Positions 24,135-34,113 of a stretch of 64,000 nucleotides of DNA are shown here, piece after piece. This DNA is from an uncultured delta proteobacterium. Lineage in GTDB: Bacteria; Myxococcota_A; Polyangia; Polyangiales; B10-G4. Numbering within the stretch: position 1 is the first letter of the stretch; each line of letters opens with the position of its first letter. The stretch is from assembly GCA_963727445.1 (NCBI GenBank), contig CAVSGI010000008.1:96001-160000 (forward strand). Direction: 5' to 3'. A program made the position numbers and the translations under genes. Under the pieces are notes generated by a model. It was given only the letters and a program-made list of their open reading frames with translations. It had not been told where the DNA came from and did no database searches.

Positions 24135-24819
24135 ATGCGCCACCTCACCCTTCATCGCCTCGGCCGTGTCCCTTACGGGCCGACCCATGCGCTTCAGCAG
24201 CGGCTTGCAGGTCGCGCGGCAGCGGGGTGAGATCGGCGACACGATTCTGCTCCTCGAGCACGATCCGGTGATCACCCTCGGGCGGGGTGCGAAGGAGCGG
24301 CACGTGCTCTTGACGCCCGAGGCGCTCGAAGCGCGCGGGTTCGAGGTGCACGAGGTCGGGCGCGGCGGCGACGTGACCTATCACGGCCCCGGCCAGCTCG
24401 TGGCGTATCCGATCCTCGACCTGGCCCCGGATCGCAAAGACGTCCGCAAGTACGTGCGCGACCTCGAGGAGACGATGATCCGCATCGCTGCCGATTACGG
24501 GGTCGCGGCCGGACGCGTCGACGGTCTCAACGGCGCATGGGTCGAAGACAGCCGGAAGATCGGCGCCATCGGCGTTCGCATCAGCCGCTGGGTGACGATG
24601 CACGGCTTCGCCCTCAACGTCACCACCGACCTCTCCCACTTCCGGGTGATCGTGCCTTGTGGGATCAGCGGCAAGGGCGTCACCTCCCTCGCCACCGAGA
24701 CCGGGGAAGCGCCGAATATGCGTGACGTCGAGGAGGCCGCCGGGCGCCACTTCGCCACGATCTTCGACGCCGAGATCGAATGGCGCGACGGAGAGCCCGC
24801 GCTCGAAGCGGCCGAATGA
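24135..24819 (+). CDS. lipB: Lipoyl(octanoyl) transferase LipB (one +1 frameshift near 24206)
   Basis: MRHLTLHRLGRVPY in one frame, then LLLEHDPVITLG, RGGDVTYHGPGQLV, KIGAIG, HGFALN and IVPCG. Confidence 0.93.
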
Positions 24820-24862
24820 CCTGCTTGGGGCCGCCTCCCGTCGGCACTATCCTCTCGGTGCC

Positions 24863-26830
24863 TTGACCGACGAGAGACAAGTCCCGCTCGAAGGCGCGCG
24901 CACGCTCGAAGACGAGCCGTGGTTCGAGCAGGCCAAGACGCTCGAGGGGATGAGTCCCTCTCAAACCATCGTCCCGAAGCAAGGCACGCCGGATCCGAAC
25001 GCCAAGGCCGCGCTCACGGCGCTGGAGACTGCTTCGGCACAACGCTCCAAAGGCATCGCCGCCGGCATCGAGCTCGGGGCGACGCTCGGCGAAGGCGGCA
25101 TGGGGATCGTCCGCGTGGGCACCCAGCTGGCGCTCGGGCGACCTGTCGCCGTCAAGACGCTCAAGCCCGGCTTCGAAGGTGACCGCGCGACCCTGAAGGT
25201 GCTGCGCGAGGCGTGGATCACCGGCTCCCTCGAGCACCCCAACGTGGTCCCGGTCTACGACCTCGGCGTCGACGACGAGGGACGACCGCTCATCGTCCTC
25301 AAGAAGATTGAAGGCACGGAGTGGACCGACCTGATGCGCGACGCCGACGCCGTGAGAGAGAAGTTCGGCGTCCACGACCTCTTCGAGTGGAACCTGTCGA
25401 TCCTCCTGTCGGTCTGTAACGCCGTTCGCTTCGCGCACGCTCGGCACGTGCTCCACCGCGACCTCAAGCCCGAGAACGTGATGGTCGGCGAGTTCGGCGA
25501 GGTCTACGTGGTGGACTGGGGGATCGCCATCAGCACGAAGGACGACGGGACGGGGCGTTTCCCCGTCGCCGACTCCGCGACGGAGATGGCCGGGACGCCG
25601 TACTACATGGCGCCCGAGATGCTGGGCGGCGCGAACGCGCGCTTGGACGAGCGCAGCGACGTCTATCTCCTCGGCTCCATCCTCTACGAGATCGTGGTCG
25701 GACATCCTCCTCACGTGGGGCCCAATCTGATGGCGGTCGTCGCCTCGGTCGCAGCCTCGGAGCCCAGGGTCCCCGAGGAGGTCCCCGACGAGCTTCGAGA
25801 GATCCTGCGCCGTGCGATGGCGCGGGACCGGGCCGATCGCTACGACTCCGTCGACGACTTCCGCCTCGCGATCATCGAGTTCCTCGAGCACCGGGGCTCG
25901 ATGCGCATGGCGACGGAAGCCGAAGAGAGGCGCGCGCACCTCGCCGGCTACATCGCCGCGTCCAGCGTCGGCGACGATCGCGCGCGCGATCGCATCTACA
26001 CCCTCTTCAGCGAATGTCGCTTCGGCTATCGGAGCGCCCTCGACGCCTGGCGGGACAACCCGCTCGCCCAGGACGGCCTGCGCGCCGCCACCGAGGCGAT
26101 GATCGATTACGAGCTCGCGCAGGGTGATCCGCGCGCCGCCGCCGCCCTGGCGGCTCAGCTCCCGGACATCTCGCCGGAGCTCGAAGCGCAGATCGAAGCC
26201 GCCGCCGAGGAGAAGGCCGCTCTTCAGCGCAGACTCGAAGCGGCGCAGCAGCAGGAAGACCAGTCGATCGGACGGCGCACGCGCATCTTCCTCGCGCTCC
26301 TCTTCAGCATCATTTGGACCCTCGCGCCGCTCGCGATCTGGCTCACCGGCTACGAGCCGGGTTGGGCGGAGACCTTCGCAGGACCCGGTCTGCTCGCCGC
26401 CGGTCTCTTGGGGGCGGGCTTCTGGGCGCGCGAGTCGCTCGGCAAGACGGCCTTCAACCGCCGCGTCAGCGGGCTGGTCTTCGTCGCCTTCGCGATGCAG
26501 CTGCCGCTCCACTTCGGCCACTGGCTCGTGGGGATGGAAGCGTCCGAGAGTCAGGTGCAGGCGCTCGGCCTCTGGGCGTCCGCCCTCGCCTTCGCCATCG
26601 TCACCGTGGACAGGCGCATCTGGCCCGCGTTCGTCATGACCACCATCGGTTACCTGCTGGCGAGCATCGACGCCACGTTGCGCTGGCCGATCATGGCCAT
26701 CAACGCGGTGGTCATGCTTGTGAACATCGCGTTCATCTGGCGAGTGGAACCGGAGGACGTCGGTGCGATGGTGGAGGAGCGGCTGCCGCGCTTCACCCGG
26801 CGCCCGCCGCCTCCCGAATCAGATCCCTGA
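24863..26830 (+). CDS. Hanks-type Ser/Thr protein kinase with C-terminal multi-pass membrane domain
   Basis: LGEGGMG, VAVK, HRDLKPEN, DWG and GTPYYMAPE, with about 6 TM helices at the C-terminus; start (TTG 24863) uncertain. Confidence 0.9.
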   Translation: MTDERQVPLEGARTLEDEPWFEQAKTLEGMSPSQTIVPKQGTPDPNAKAALTALETASAQRSKGIAAGIELGATLGEGGMGIVRVGTQLALGRPVAVKTLKPGFEGDRATLKVLREAWITGSLEHPNVVPVYDLGVDDEGRPLIVLKKIEGTEWTDLMRDADAVREKFGVHDLFEWNLSILLSVCNAVRFAHARHVLHRDLKPENVMVGEFGEVYVVDWGIAISTKDDGTGRFPVADSATEMAGTPYYMAPEMLGGANARLDERSDVYLLGSILYEIVVGHPPHVGPNLMAVVASVAASEPRVPEEVPDELREILRRAMARDRADRYDSVDDFRLAIIEFLEHRGSMRMATEAEERRAHLAGYIAASSVGDDRARDRIYTLFSECRFGYRSALDAWRDNPLAQDGLRAATEAMIDYELAQGDPRAAAALAAQLPDISPELEAQIEAAAEEKAALQRRLEAAQQQEDQSIGRRTRIFLALLFSIIWTLAPLAIWLTGYEPGWAETFAGPGLLAAGLLGAGFWARESLGKTAFNRRVSGLVFVAFAMQLPLHFGHWLVGMEASESQVQALGLWASALAFAIVTVDRRIWPAFVMTTIGYLLASIDATLRWPIMAINAVVMLVNIAFIWRVEPEDVGAMVEERLPRFTRRPPPPESDP

Positions 26831-27569
26831 CGCCGCTGGCGAAGATGTCCGCCATCTCGCGGTAGAGCGCCTCGCCCTCCGTCGCGCTGGCCTCGGCCGG
26901 GGCCCCGAAGTACGCCCGCGGACCGCCCGCATCGAGGAAGGTCTTCTTCCCCTCGCGGATGGCGGTGGAGAGGCTGCTCCAATTCGCGGGGAGCTCGGCG
27001 GCGACCTTCTCCTTCACCAGCGAAGGGCGCGCGGCCATCACCAGGCTCGTCTCGTAGGAGCCGGCATGACATGCGCCGCTCTTGAACTCCTCGCCCAGGC
27101 GGAGCGCGTGCGGCTTCCGGGTCACGTCGGGAAACGTCGCGAGAGCGCCGGTCTGGCGTGCCTGTGCCACCGCCCCGCGGAGCGCCGCGATGTTGTCGGG
27201 CTCGAGGTGGGCGTTGCACACCACCACGCCGCGAAAGCCGGCGCGCACCGCGCCCAGGATCACGTCGCGCACCAGCGCCTCGGAGGTCTCCCGCGGAAGC
27301 GAGAGCGTCCCCGCGAAGTCCCCGGCGTATTCGGTGACCGCATACGGGATCGGCGGCAGCACCACCGCCGCCGCGCCCTCTTCGGCGAGAATCGCCGCTG
27401 CACGCAGCGCGCCCTGGTGGGCGATGATCACGTCGGTCTCGAGCGGGAGATGAGGCCCGTGCGCCTCGGTGGCGCCGGTCGGCAGGAGCGCCCAGGCGCC
27501 GCGCGCGACCGCCGCCTGCGCCTCCTCGTAGGTCATCGAGGCGAGCTCGTGCGCGTGGCTGTCGCTCAT
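26793..27569 (-). CDS. Creatininase family amidohydrolase
   Basis: PTGATEAHGPHLPLETD, NAHLE and CHAGSYETS motifs. Confidence 0.9.
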   Translation of the reverse strand: MSDSHAHELASMTYEEAQAAVARGAWALLPTGATEAHGPHLPLETDVIIAHQGALRAAAILAEEGAAAVVLPPIPYAVTEYAGDFAGTLSLPRETSEALVRDVILGAVRAGFRGVVVCNAHLEPDNIAALRGAVAQARQTGALATFPDVTRKPHALRLGEEFKSGACHAGSYETSLVMAARPSLVKEKVAAELPANWSSLSTAIREGKKTFLDAGGPRAYFGAPAEASATEGEALYREMADIFASGVRDLIREAAGAG

Positions 27570-29110
27570 CGGAGCTCTCGCCTCAGGATCTTGCCCCTGT
27601 CGTTACGCGGCAGCGCATCGAGGAAGGAGACCGCGCGGGGGAATTTGTACTTCGCGAGGCGCGTCTTGACGTGCTCCTGGAGCTCGCCGGCCAGCGTCTC
27701 GCCTGCGTCGAAGCCGTCGCGCACTACCACGAAGGCCTTGGGGATGGTGAGCCCGTCCCCGTCGTCGACGCCCACCACCGCGCACTCCTTCACCGCCGGA
27801 TGCTTGGCGAGGCAACCCTCGATCTCGAGCGGGCTCACGAACATGCCGCGCACCTTGAGCATGTCGTCGCCGCGGCCGGCGTAGTAGTAGTAGCCCCGTG
27901 CGTCGCGCCGGAAGAGGTCTGCGGTCACCGCCCACTCGCCCACGTAAGTCGCCTCGGACTTCGCCTTGTCGCCCCAGTAACAGAGCGCCTTGCTGCGCCC
28001 CTTGATCCACAGGCGCCCGATCTCCCCATCGGCCACGTCTTTGCCATCCGCGCCGACGATGCGTGCCTGGTAGCCGGGGACGATCCTGCCCAGCGAGCCC
28101 AGCTTCACGTCGCCCGGATAGTTGGTGATGTAGATGTGGAACATCTCCGCCGAGCCGATCCCATCGAGGATCTCGCACTTCGGGTGACGCGCGATCCAGC
28201 GCTCGTAGAGCTCGGCCGGGAGCGCTTCGCCAGCGCTCAAGCACATCCGCAGGCTCGACAGGTCTGCGTCGCGCTCCGAATCGACCATCATCCGAATCAT
28301 CGCGGGCACGTTGGTCAGCACGGTGACGCCGTGCTTTTCGATGTGATCGAAGAGTCGGTCCGGCGTGGGCTTTTCTGGGAAGAGCACCGCCGTCCCGCCG
28401 ACGGCGAAGGGAAACATCAAGTTGGTCCCGGTGGCGTAGCCGAAGAAGAGACGGGAGACGCTCACGAAGACATCGTCCTGGTCGAGGCCCAGGACCTTCT
28501 TCGCGTATCGCTCGGTGTTCCACGGGAAGTCTCCGTGGAAGTGAACCGCCCCTTTCGGTTTGCCGGTGGTGCCGCTGGTGAAGAGCCAGCCCGAGATGTC
28601 GTCGCGACCCGTGTCCGCGTTGTCGGTGTCGGCTCGCGCCGCCGACAGCGCGCTCTCCCACTCGTCGAAGCCCGGCGCTTCACCGCCGACTACGAAGCGC
28701 GCTTTCACTCGCGCGATCCCTTCGAGCGCGGGCACCAATCGGTCGAGGGTCGACGCATGGGCGACGACCGCCTTGGCGCGCGTGTACTCGAGGAGGTAAC
28801 GCATGTCCTCTTCCGGCACGAGCGGGTTGCCCATGCAGAAGACGCCGCCCGCTTTGAGGATCCCGAACCAGGCATCGACGAACTCGATGCCGTCGGGCAG
28901 GAGCATCAGCACCCGATCTTCGACGTCCACGCCGCGGTCGGCGAGCGCCCAGCGCGCGCGGTCGGCCCGCTCCTGGACCTCTCGATAGGTCCACGCGTCG
29001 TCGCCCACCACGACCGCCGTTCGGTCGCCCTTCCCCTCACGCACCCGGGCGTCGAGGAAATAGTCAGCCATGTTGAAGCGCTCGGGGATCTCGAAGAAGT
29101 CGTCAGCCAC
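27566..29110 (-). CDS. Benzoate-CoA ligase family protein
   Basis: WLFTSGTTGKPKG, LFFGY, ILDGIGSAEMFHIY, GRGDDMLK and LPRNDRGKI. Confidence 0.88.
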   Translation of the reverse strand: MADDFFEIPERFNMADYFLDARVREGKGDRTAVVVGDDAWTYREVQERADRARWALADRGVDVEDRVLMLLPDGIEFVDAWFGILKAGGVFCMGNPLVPEEDMRYLLEYTRAKAVVAHASTLDRLVPALEGIARVKARFVVGGEAPGFDEWESALSAARADTDNADTGRDDISGWLFTSGTTGKPKGAVHFHGDFPWNTERYAKKVLGLDQDDVFVSVSRLFFGYATGTNLMFPFAVGGTAVLFPEKPTPDRLFDHIEKHGVTVLTNVPAMIRMMVDSERDADLSSLRMCLSAGEALPAELYERWIARHPKCEILDGIGSAEMFHIYITNYPGDVKLGSLGRIVPGYQARIVGADGKDVADGEIGRLWIKGRSKALCYWGDKAKSEATYVGEWAVTADLFRRDARGYYYYAGRGDDMLKVRGMFVSPLEIEGCLAKHPAVKECAVVGVDDGDGLTIPKAFVVVRDGFDAGETLAGELQEHVKTRLAKYKFPRAVSFLDALPRNDRGKILRRELR

Positions 29111-29147
29111 GGCGGCGGAGCTTAGCAGCTGCCGGACGACGATCAGC

Positions 29148-30266
29148 TCAGGCGCGGAGCTCCTTCGGCCCCTCCCGCAGGAAATAGGCGATGGCGCTCT
29201 GGCCCAGGGTCGCGGTACCAGCGCCCGCGACGCCAGCGGAGACGAGATATCCGGCGCCCGGGACCAGCTTCACCAGCTGCTGCGCCGTCCATCGAAAGCC
29301 CATCCCGGCGCCGCCCACGATGCCCATGCTCCCCATCCATTCGACCGCCGCCTTGCGGTCCCAGGGGCGTCCGCCGAGGTGGGCCACCGCGCTCACCATC
29401 ACCACCTGGAGCGGCGCGATCACGAAGGCGTCCGAGAGCGGCACCGGCGCCAGGCCGATGGTGAGCGCCATGGTGCTGCAGCTGTGGACGATCTCGTTGG
29501 CGAGGCCGCGCCGCGCATCCTCCGCGCGGCACAGGGCGCGCGCACCCTCGAGTCGCGCCTCCGAGGGCAGCTGCTGGTAGACGATGCCCGTGAGCTCGTC
29601 GATGCCGGTCTCGGCCTCGCCGGTCGCTACCGCCAGGATGGCCTTCGCTTCCAGATCGCGCTCCCCCACCTTCTTCTCCAGGCGCTGGCGCAACAGATCG
29701 ACGGCCTGGGTCTTGTCGTCGGGCCAGGGGTCTTTGGCGGTGCCCATGGGCGGGACTTCGTCGGCGCGCGTGAGGAGCGCCACCACGGCCGGACGCTTCT
29801 CTCCCTCTGACTCGATGCGGCCCGAGACCGACGCCGCGAGGTCCAGCACCGATCCTGCTTCCTCGACGAGGTCGGCGGCCGTCACCGCCACGAGGAGGAC
29901 GTCCGGATACGCTTCGGAGAGCGCGCGGGTGAGGCGTTCTTCTCGTACCGCCGCTTCGGCGCCAGAGAGCGGGGCGAGCTCCAACCAATCGAGCCGGGAT
30001 CCGTGTGCGTCGACGCGCACCCATTCCCCCTGCCCCACCGGACGATCGACGGGCAACGCGTCCTTACCGAGCAGCGTATTGCCGATGCGGCTGCGCCCGC
30101 TGCCCGCCCGGCCCAGGATGGCCACCCGCGGCGCGCGCCGCTCATAGAGGATCGAGCGCAGGCTCTGTACGTCCCGCTTCAGGGTCGATACGAATGGCAG
30201 CTTCTCGAGGACTTTCAGCAGCTGCTCGACGGCGCCATCCGGCGTCTGACTCACATCCGGCAGCAT
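29148..30266 (-). CDS. Degenerate small-GTPase-like domain fused to a DUF697-like C-terminus
   Basis: PRVAILGRAGSGRS P-loop-like motif, TRAD G4-like motif, and C-terminal TIGLAPVPLSDAFVIAPLQVVMV...LVKLVPGAG. Confidence 0.65.
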   Translation of the reverse strand: MLPDVSQTPDGAVEQLLKVLEKLPFVSTLKRDVQSLRSILYERRAPRVAILGRAGSGRSRIGNTLLGKDALPVDRPVGQGEWVRVDAHGSRLDWLELAPLSGAEAAVREERLTRALSEAYPDVLLVAVTAADLVEEAGSVLDLAASVSGRIESEGEKRPAVVALLTRADEVPPMGTAKDPWPDDKTQAVDLLRQRLEKKVGERDLEAKAILAVATGEAETGIDELTGIVYQQLPSEARLEGARALCRAEDARRGLANEIVHSCSTMALTIGLAPVPLSDAFVIAPLQVVMVSAVAHLGGRPWDRKAAVEWMGSMGIVGGAGMGFRWTAQQLVKLVPGAGYLVSAGVAGAGTATLGQSAIAYFLREGPKELRA

Positions 30267-30387
30267 GGGTCTGGACCAGCGAAAAGCCAACTCCGAGTTT
30301 GATGTAATTTTGCAAGAATCCGTGGGTTTCTTCGAGTACAGGACTTGGGTATGGTCTTAGGCAACGGGGGGGGCCTGGAGGCCACCG

Positions 30388-31566
30388 ATGACGATTGAAA
30401 TTGCGACCGCCCTGGGCGAGGGCAGCGCAGCCGAAGCATCCAAAGCGCTGATCGACGTGCTGGGTGAGAAGCTCGGCGGCAAGAGCCCCGCGCTGGTCAT
30501 GGTCTATGCGTCGACCGTTCAACCGCTCGCACAGGTGAGCGGCGCGATCGCAGAAGCCTTTCGCGATGCCTGCGTGATCGGCGCGTCGACCGCAGGAGAA
30601 TTCGTGGAGAGCGGAGATGCGAAGTCGAGCGTCTCGGCGATCGCCGTCGCGGGCGACGTCGAAGCCCACGCGGTGATGTGCAAGAACCTCGACCAGAACA
30701 CGGCGGAGGTGATCTCGAGCGCAGTGCAGTCGCTCCCCGGGTCTGGAAAGTATCCGAACCGCACCGCGCTTCTCCTCCTCGACCCGCTGGTCGGCGTCGG
30801 AGAGGAAGCGACCCTCGCGGCCGGTGCCGCCTTCGGCCCGGACGTGCTGCTCGCGGGCGGCGCCGCCGGAGACGACGTGGCGATGAAGGAGACCTTCGTG
30901 TCTCTCGGTGGCGAGTCGTCTTCGAACGCAGCGGTCGTTGCGCAGCTCTTCACCGACAAGCCGCTGGCGATCGGGGTCAACCACGGGCACGAAGGCATCT
31001 CGGAGCCGATTGAGGTGACGCGCGCCGAGGGCAACGTCGTCTACGAGCTCGATGGGAAACCCGCCTGGACAGTCTGGGCCGACGCGACGCGCGAGCACGC
31101 GAGCGCGCGCGGCGTGAACCCGGACGAGCTCAGCGAGGCCGACATCGGCTCTTATCTACTGCGCTACGAAGGCGGGCTCGCGACGGGAGATGCGATCAAG
31201 GTCCGCGCGCCGCTCTCGCGAGGCGAAGACGGCTCGCTCTCCTTCGCGTGCGGCATTCCAGAGGGCGCGAAGATCGTCATCACCGAGAGCACGCCGGAAC
31301 GACAAGTGGAGAGCGCCCGGGTCGCGGCGCGCAGCGCGCGAGAGCGGCTGGGCGGCGGACCGGTGGCAGGGGCCATCGTCTTCGACTGCATCTGTCGCAA
31401 CCTGATCCTCGGCGATAGCTTCGGTGACGCCGTGCGCGGGATGAGCGAGGAGCTGGGCGGCGCACCGCTCGCCGGCTTCGAAACCTATGGGGAGATCGCG
31501 CTCGAGGGGGGGGCCATGAGCGGCTTTCACAACACGACGACCGTCGTGTTGGCCTTCCCACGGTGA
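30388..31566 (+). CDS. Stand-alone FIST (FIST_N + FIST_C) sensory protein
   Basis: IGASTAGE, LAGGAAGD, VTRAEGNVVYELDGKPA, FDCICR, GFETYGEI and FHNTT. Confidence 0.9.
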   Translation: MTIEIATALGEGSAAEASKALIDVLGEKLGGKSPALVMVYASTVQPLAQVSGAIAEAFRDACVIGASTAGEFVESGDAKSSVSAIAVAGDVEAHAVMCKNLDQNTAEVISSAVQSLPGSGKYPNRTALLLLDPLVGVGEEATLAAGAAFGPDVLLAGGAAGDDVAMKETFVSLGGESSSNAAVVAQLFTDKPLAIGVNHGHEGISEPIEVTRAEGNVVYELDGKPAWTVWADATREHASARGVNPDELSEADIGSYLLRYEGGLATGDAIKVRAPLSRGEDGSLSFACGIPEGAKIVITESTPERQVESARVAARSARERLGGGPVAGAIVFDCICRNLILGDSFGDAVRGMSEELGGAPLAGFETYGEIALEGGAMSGFHNTTTVVLAFPR

Positions 31567-31570
31567 GCTG

Positions 31571-31816
31571 GTGAGCTTCAAGATCGAAATGTCCGAGCTG
31601 GTGAACATGCTCGGGCAGAGTGTGGGGGACGAAAAAGCGAGACACGTGCTCGAGAACCACGCGCGACGCAAAGGCGTGGGGCTCGGGCCCTTCCGCGTGG
31701 AGGACGCGCTCACCATTCTGGAGTCCGTGACCGAGGAGCCGGGGATCGTGGGCACCAGCGCCCGCTTCGCCAAATCTCGGCTGCACCTCCGGACGGCGAG
31801 CATGCGACCGAAGTAA
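31571..31816 (+). CDS. Small hypothetical protein immediately downstream of the FIST gene
   Basis: 81-aa helical ORF starting 4 nt after the FIST stop, with host-like codon usage. Confidence 0.6.
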   Translation: MSFKIEMSELVNMLGQSVGDEKARHVLENHARRKGVGLGPFRVEDALTILESVTEEPGIVGTSARFAKSRLHLRTASMRPK

Positions 31817-31844
31817 GCCGAGCTTCTACCCGGGGCCCACTCCC

Positions 31845-31927
31845 GGCTCGAGTGCGCTGCGCTCCGGAACCGCGCCGCGCCGCTATCGCGGCCCTCTGCG
31901 GCTCCTTCCGCTACGCGTACTCGAGCC
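31845..31927. repeat. Long imperfect palindrome (REP-like or terminator) between convergent genes
   Basis: GGCTCGAGTGCGC...GCGTACTCGAGCC (12/13 inverted match) with nested inner stems GGAACCGC/GCGGCTCC and GCCGCG/CGCGGC. Confidence 0.5.
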
Positions 31928-31932
31928 TTCTC

Positions 31933-34107
31933 CTAGGGGGGTGGCTCCATCGCGCCCTGGAGCAGGTCTCTCATCTGCTCCCGGGCGACGTCGGCGCCGG
32001 TGGTGGTGCGGCCGTCGAGGCTGGACATGTCGGCGCTCGACAGGCTCACGGCGGCCCCGAAGACGACGTCGTGAAATTCGGTGGCGAGGTGTGCGGCCGG
32101 GTCGATCGGCTCCGGCGGGTCCTTCGGCTCCGGCGCCTCCTCACCCTCCTCCGGCGCCGCCTCCGCGATCGCGTCCTGCTCCTCTTGCCAGGAGGCCAGC
32201 GCCTCCTCGTACTGGCGGTCGAGCTCGGCCGGGTCGACCGATGCGCAGCGGATTTGCGCGCCCTGCGCCGACAGGAGACAGGCGCGCACCTGGGTGCCCT
32301 CGTCGCTGACGCGCACCTCGAATCCGGCCTCGTCGTCGAAGCGCGGCGAGCGCTCGATCATGTCGCCCACGTCGTGCGCGAGGCCCGACGAGCCGCTGAC
32401 CGTCACCCGCGCCGGGATCGACAGACCCATCCGTCGGATCGCGCCGCCATCCACTGCGATGGCCTCTTCGAGATAAGCGACGCGATCGCTGTTGCGGCCC
32501 TGCATCCCGGCTGCCTCGGCCGCGACCACCGACACCCGCGCCCTCAGCAGCGCCTCGCTGGGCGGCAGGGACTCGAGCGCCCGCGTCGCGTACGAATAGG
32601 CCTCGTCCTCGTCGCCGCGCACGAGCGAGATCTCGGCGTCCATCGCGTCGTAGTACGACTCGAGTGGTGAGCCCGCCTCGACCGCGCGCGCGAGACGCAC
32701 GCCCACCGCCGCCACGCCAGGACCCACCACCTCGATCAGATCCCCGAGCAGCCACGGCGGCACGGGCTCGAGGCCGCCGTTGACGTACATGCGGAAGGTG
32801 TGGAGGAGACGCCGGTCGTCCGCGAGGGCGCTGCGGATGCGCTCCTCGTCGCGGGTGAGCGCGAAGGAGTCGGCCCAGCGACCGGGTGCACCGGCCACGT
32901 GGGACAGGATGCCGTCGAAGGCGGCGCGCTCCGAGTCTCGCTCGATCTGGGTGCGCACCACCGCGCGCCTGAGCAGCGCGTGCGCGCCCTCGGCCTGCTC
33001 GGCGTCGGAGCTCGTGAGACCGCGCCGGTCGGGCTGGTCGATGGCGCGGTCGACCGCGCCGAGCGCCACATCCGTCTCGCCCGCCACCAACATGACGGTC
33101 GCGAAGACCACGTCGGTCTCCGCCCGATCCTGATCGCGCAGATACGCGGGCTGCCGACGACGCCAGCGCTGCATCTCACGCAGGGCACCCGCGGCGTCGG
33201 TCATGCGGTTCTGATCGAGATACTGGCGCGCCAGGAGGCGCCAGGGGTTCGCCGGCGTGAACTCGAGGCGACGCGCCCCTTCGAGCGCGAGCGCCTCGGC
33301 TTGATCGAAGTCCAGCGTAGAGCGCGCTGCCTGCGCGGCGTTGAAAGCGTGCACCGTGAGCGCACCCTCGTCCTCGGTCCCACGCCGCTCCCGCGCATTT
33401 TCGAGGGCGGCGAGGCACGCCTCGAGCCACTCGTTGCGGAGCCCCGCCTCCCCCTCGACCGCGCAGAGCGCGTTCAGCCCGGCCGAGCGCATCCACGGAT
33501 CGCGACGCGCCTTGGTCGCGCGCACCGCGAAGTCTCGCGCTTCGTCGTAGCGACCGAGCCCCATCAGAGGCCAGGCGTGCTCGGCGAGCAGATCCGGGTC
33601 GTAGAGGTAGTCGTGATAGCCCTGGATCTCGAGCTGGTAGTCGTAGAGCTCCATCTCCCCGGCGAGGCCCTGCACCTGGTAGAGGATGTCGCGGTGGAGC
33701 TCCCAGGGTGCGCCCTCGGGTCGCGCCGACGCCGGCCAGGTGGTCTCGTAGAGCTCGCGCGCCCGCCCGAGGTGATACATGGCGCGCGCCAGCGAGCCCT
33801 CGGCCTCGCGCAACACGACGCCGAGGACGTAGTGGCCGACCAGGCTGTCGGGATCGTCCTCGAGCGCCTCCTCGGCTTTGGTCCGCGCGCCGATGAGCTG
33901 CTCCTCGGAGTAGAGTCGGAGCGCCTCCACCTCGGTCTCGGTCCGCGCCGCCGAGGCGGCTCCGTTCTGCTGCGCCCGCGCGTGCTCCCACACCGTCAGC
34001 GTCAGCGAAATCACCGCGGCCGCGAGCACGAGCGCGAACGCCTTGCGCGAACGCTTCGCCATCACGAAGCGTCGAACACGACCGAGACTGTGCAGAGCGC
34101 GAGTCAT
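31933..34107 (-). CDS. Secreted TPR-like helical protein, last gene of the MoxR operon
   Basis: Signal peptide ending ARAQ and TPR-like segments (ALEDDPDSLVGHYVLG, LMGLGRYDEARDFA). Confidence 0.65.
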   Translation of the reverse strand: MTRALHSLGRVRRFVMAKRSRKAFALVLAAAVISLTLTVWEHARAQQNGAASAARTETEVEALRLYSEEQLIGARTKAEEALEDDPDSLVGHYVLGVVLREAEGSLARAMYHLGRARELYETTWPASARPEGAPWELHRDILYQVQGLAGEMELYDYQLEIQGYHDYLYDPDLLAEHAWPLMGLGRYDEARDFAVRATKARRDPWMRSAGLNALCAVEGEAGLRNEWLEACLAALENARERRGTEDEGALTVHAFNAAQAARSTLDFDQAEALALEGARRLEFTPANPWRLLARQYLDQNRMTDAAGALREMQRWRRRQPAYLRDQDRAETDVVFATVMLVAGETDVALGAVDRAIDQPDRRGLTSSDAEQAEGAHALLRRAVVRTQIERDSERAAFDGILSHVAGAPGRWADSFALTRDEERIRSALADDRRLLHTFRMYVNGGLEPVPPWLLGDLIEVVGPGVAAVGVRLARAVEAGSPLESYYDAMDAEISLVRGDEDEAYSYATRALESLPPSEALLRARVSVVAAEAAGMQGRNSDRVAYLEEAIAVDGGAIRRMGLSIPARVTVSGSSGLAHDVGDMIERSPRFDDEAGFEVRVSDEGTQVRACLLSAQGAQIRCASVDPAELDRQYEEALASWQEEQDAIAEAAPEEGEEAPEPKDPPEPIDPAAHLATEFHDVVFGAAVSLSSADMSSLDGRTTTGADVAREQMRDLLQGAMEPPP

Positions 34108-34113
34108 CGAAGC

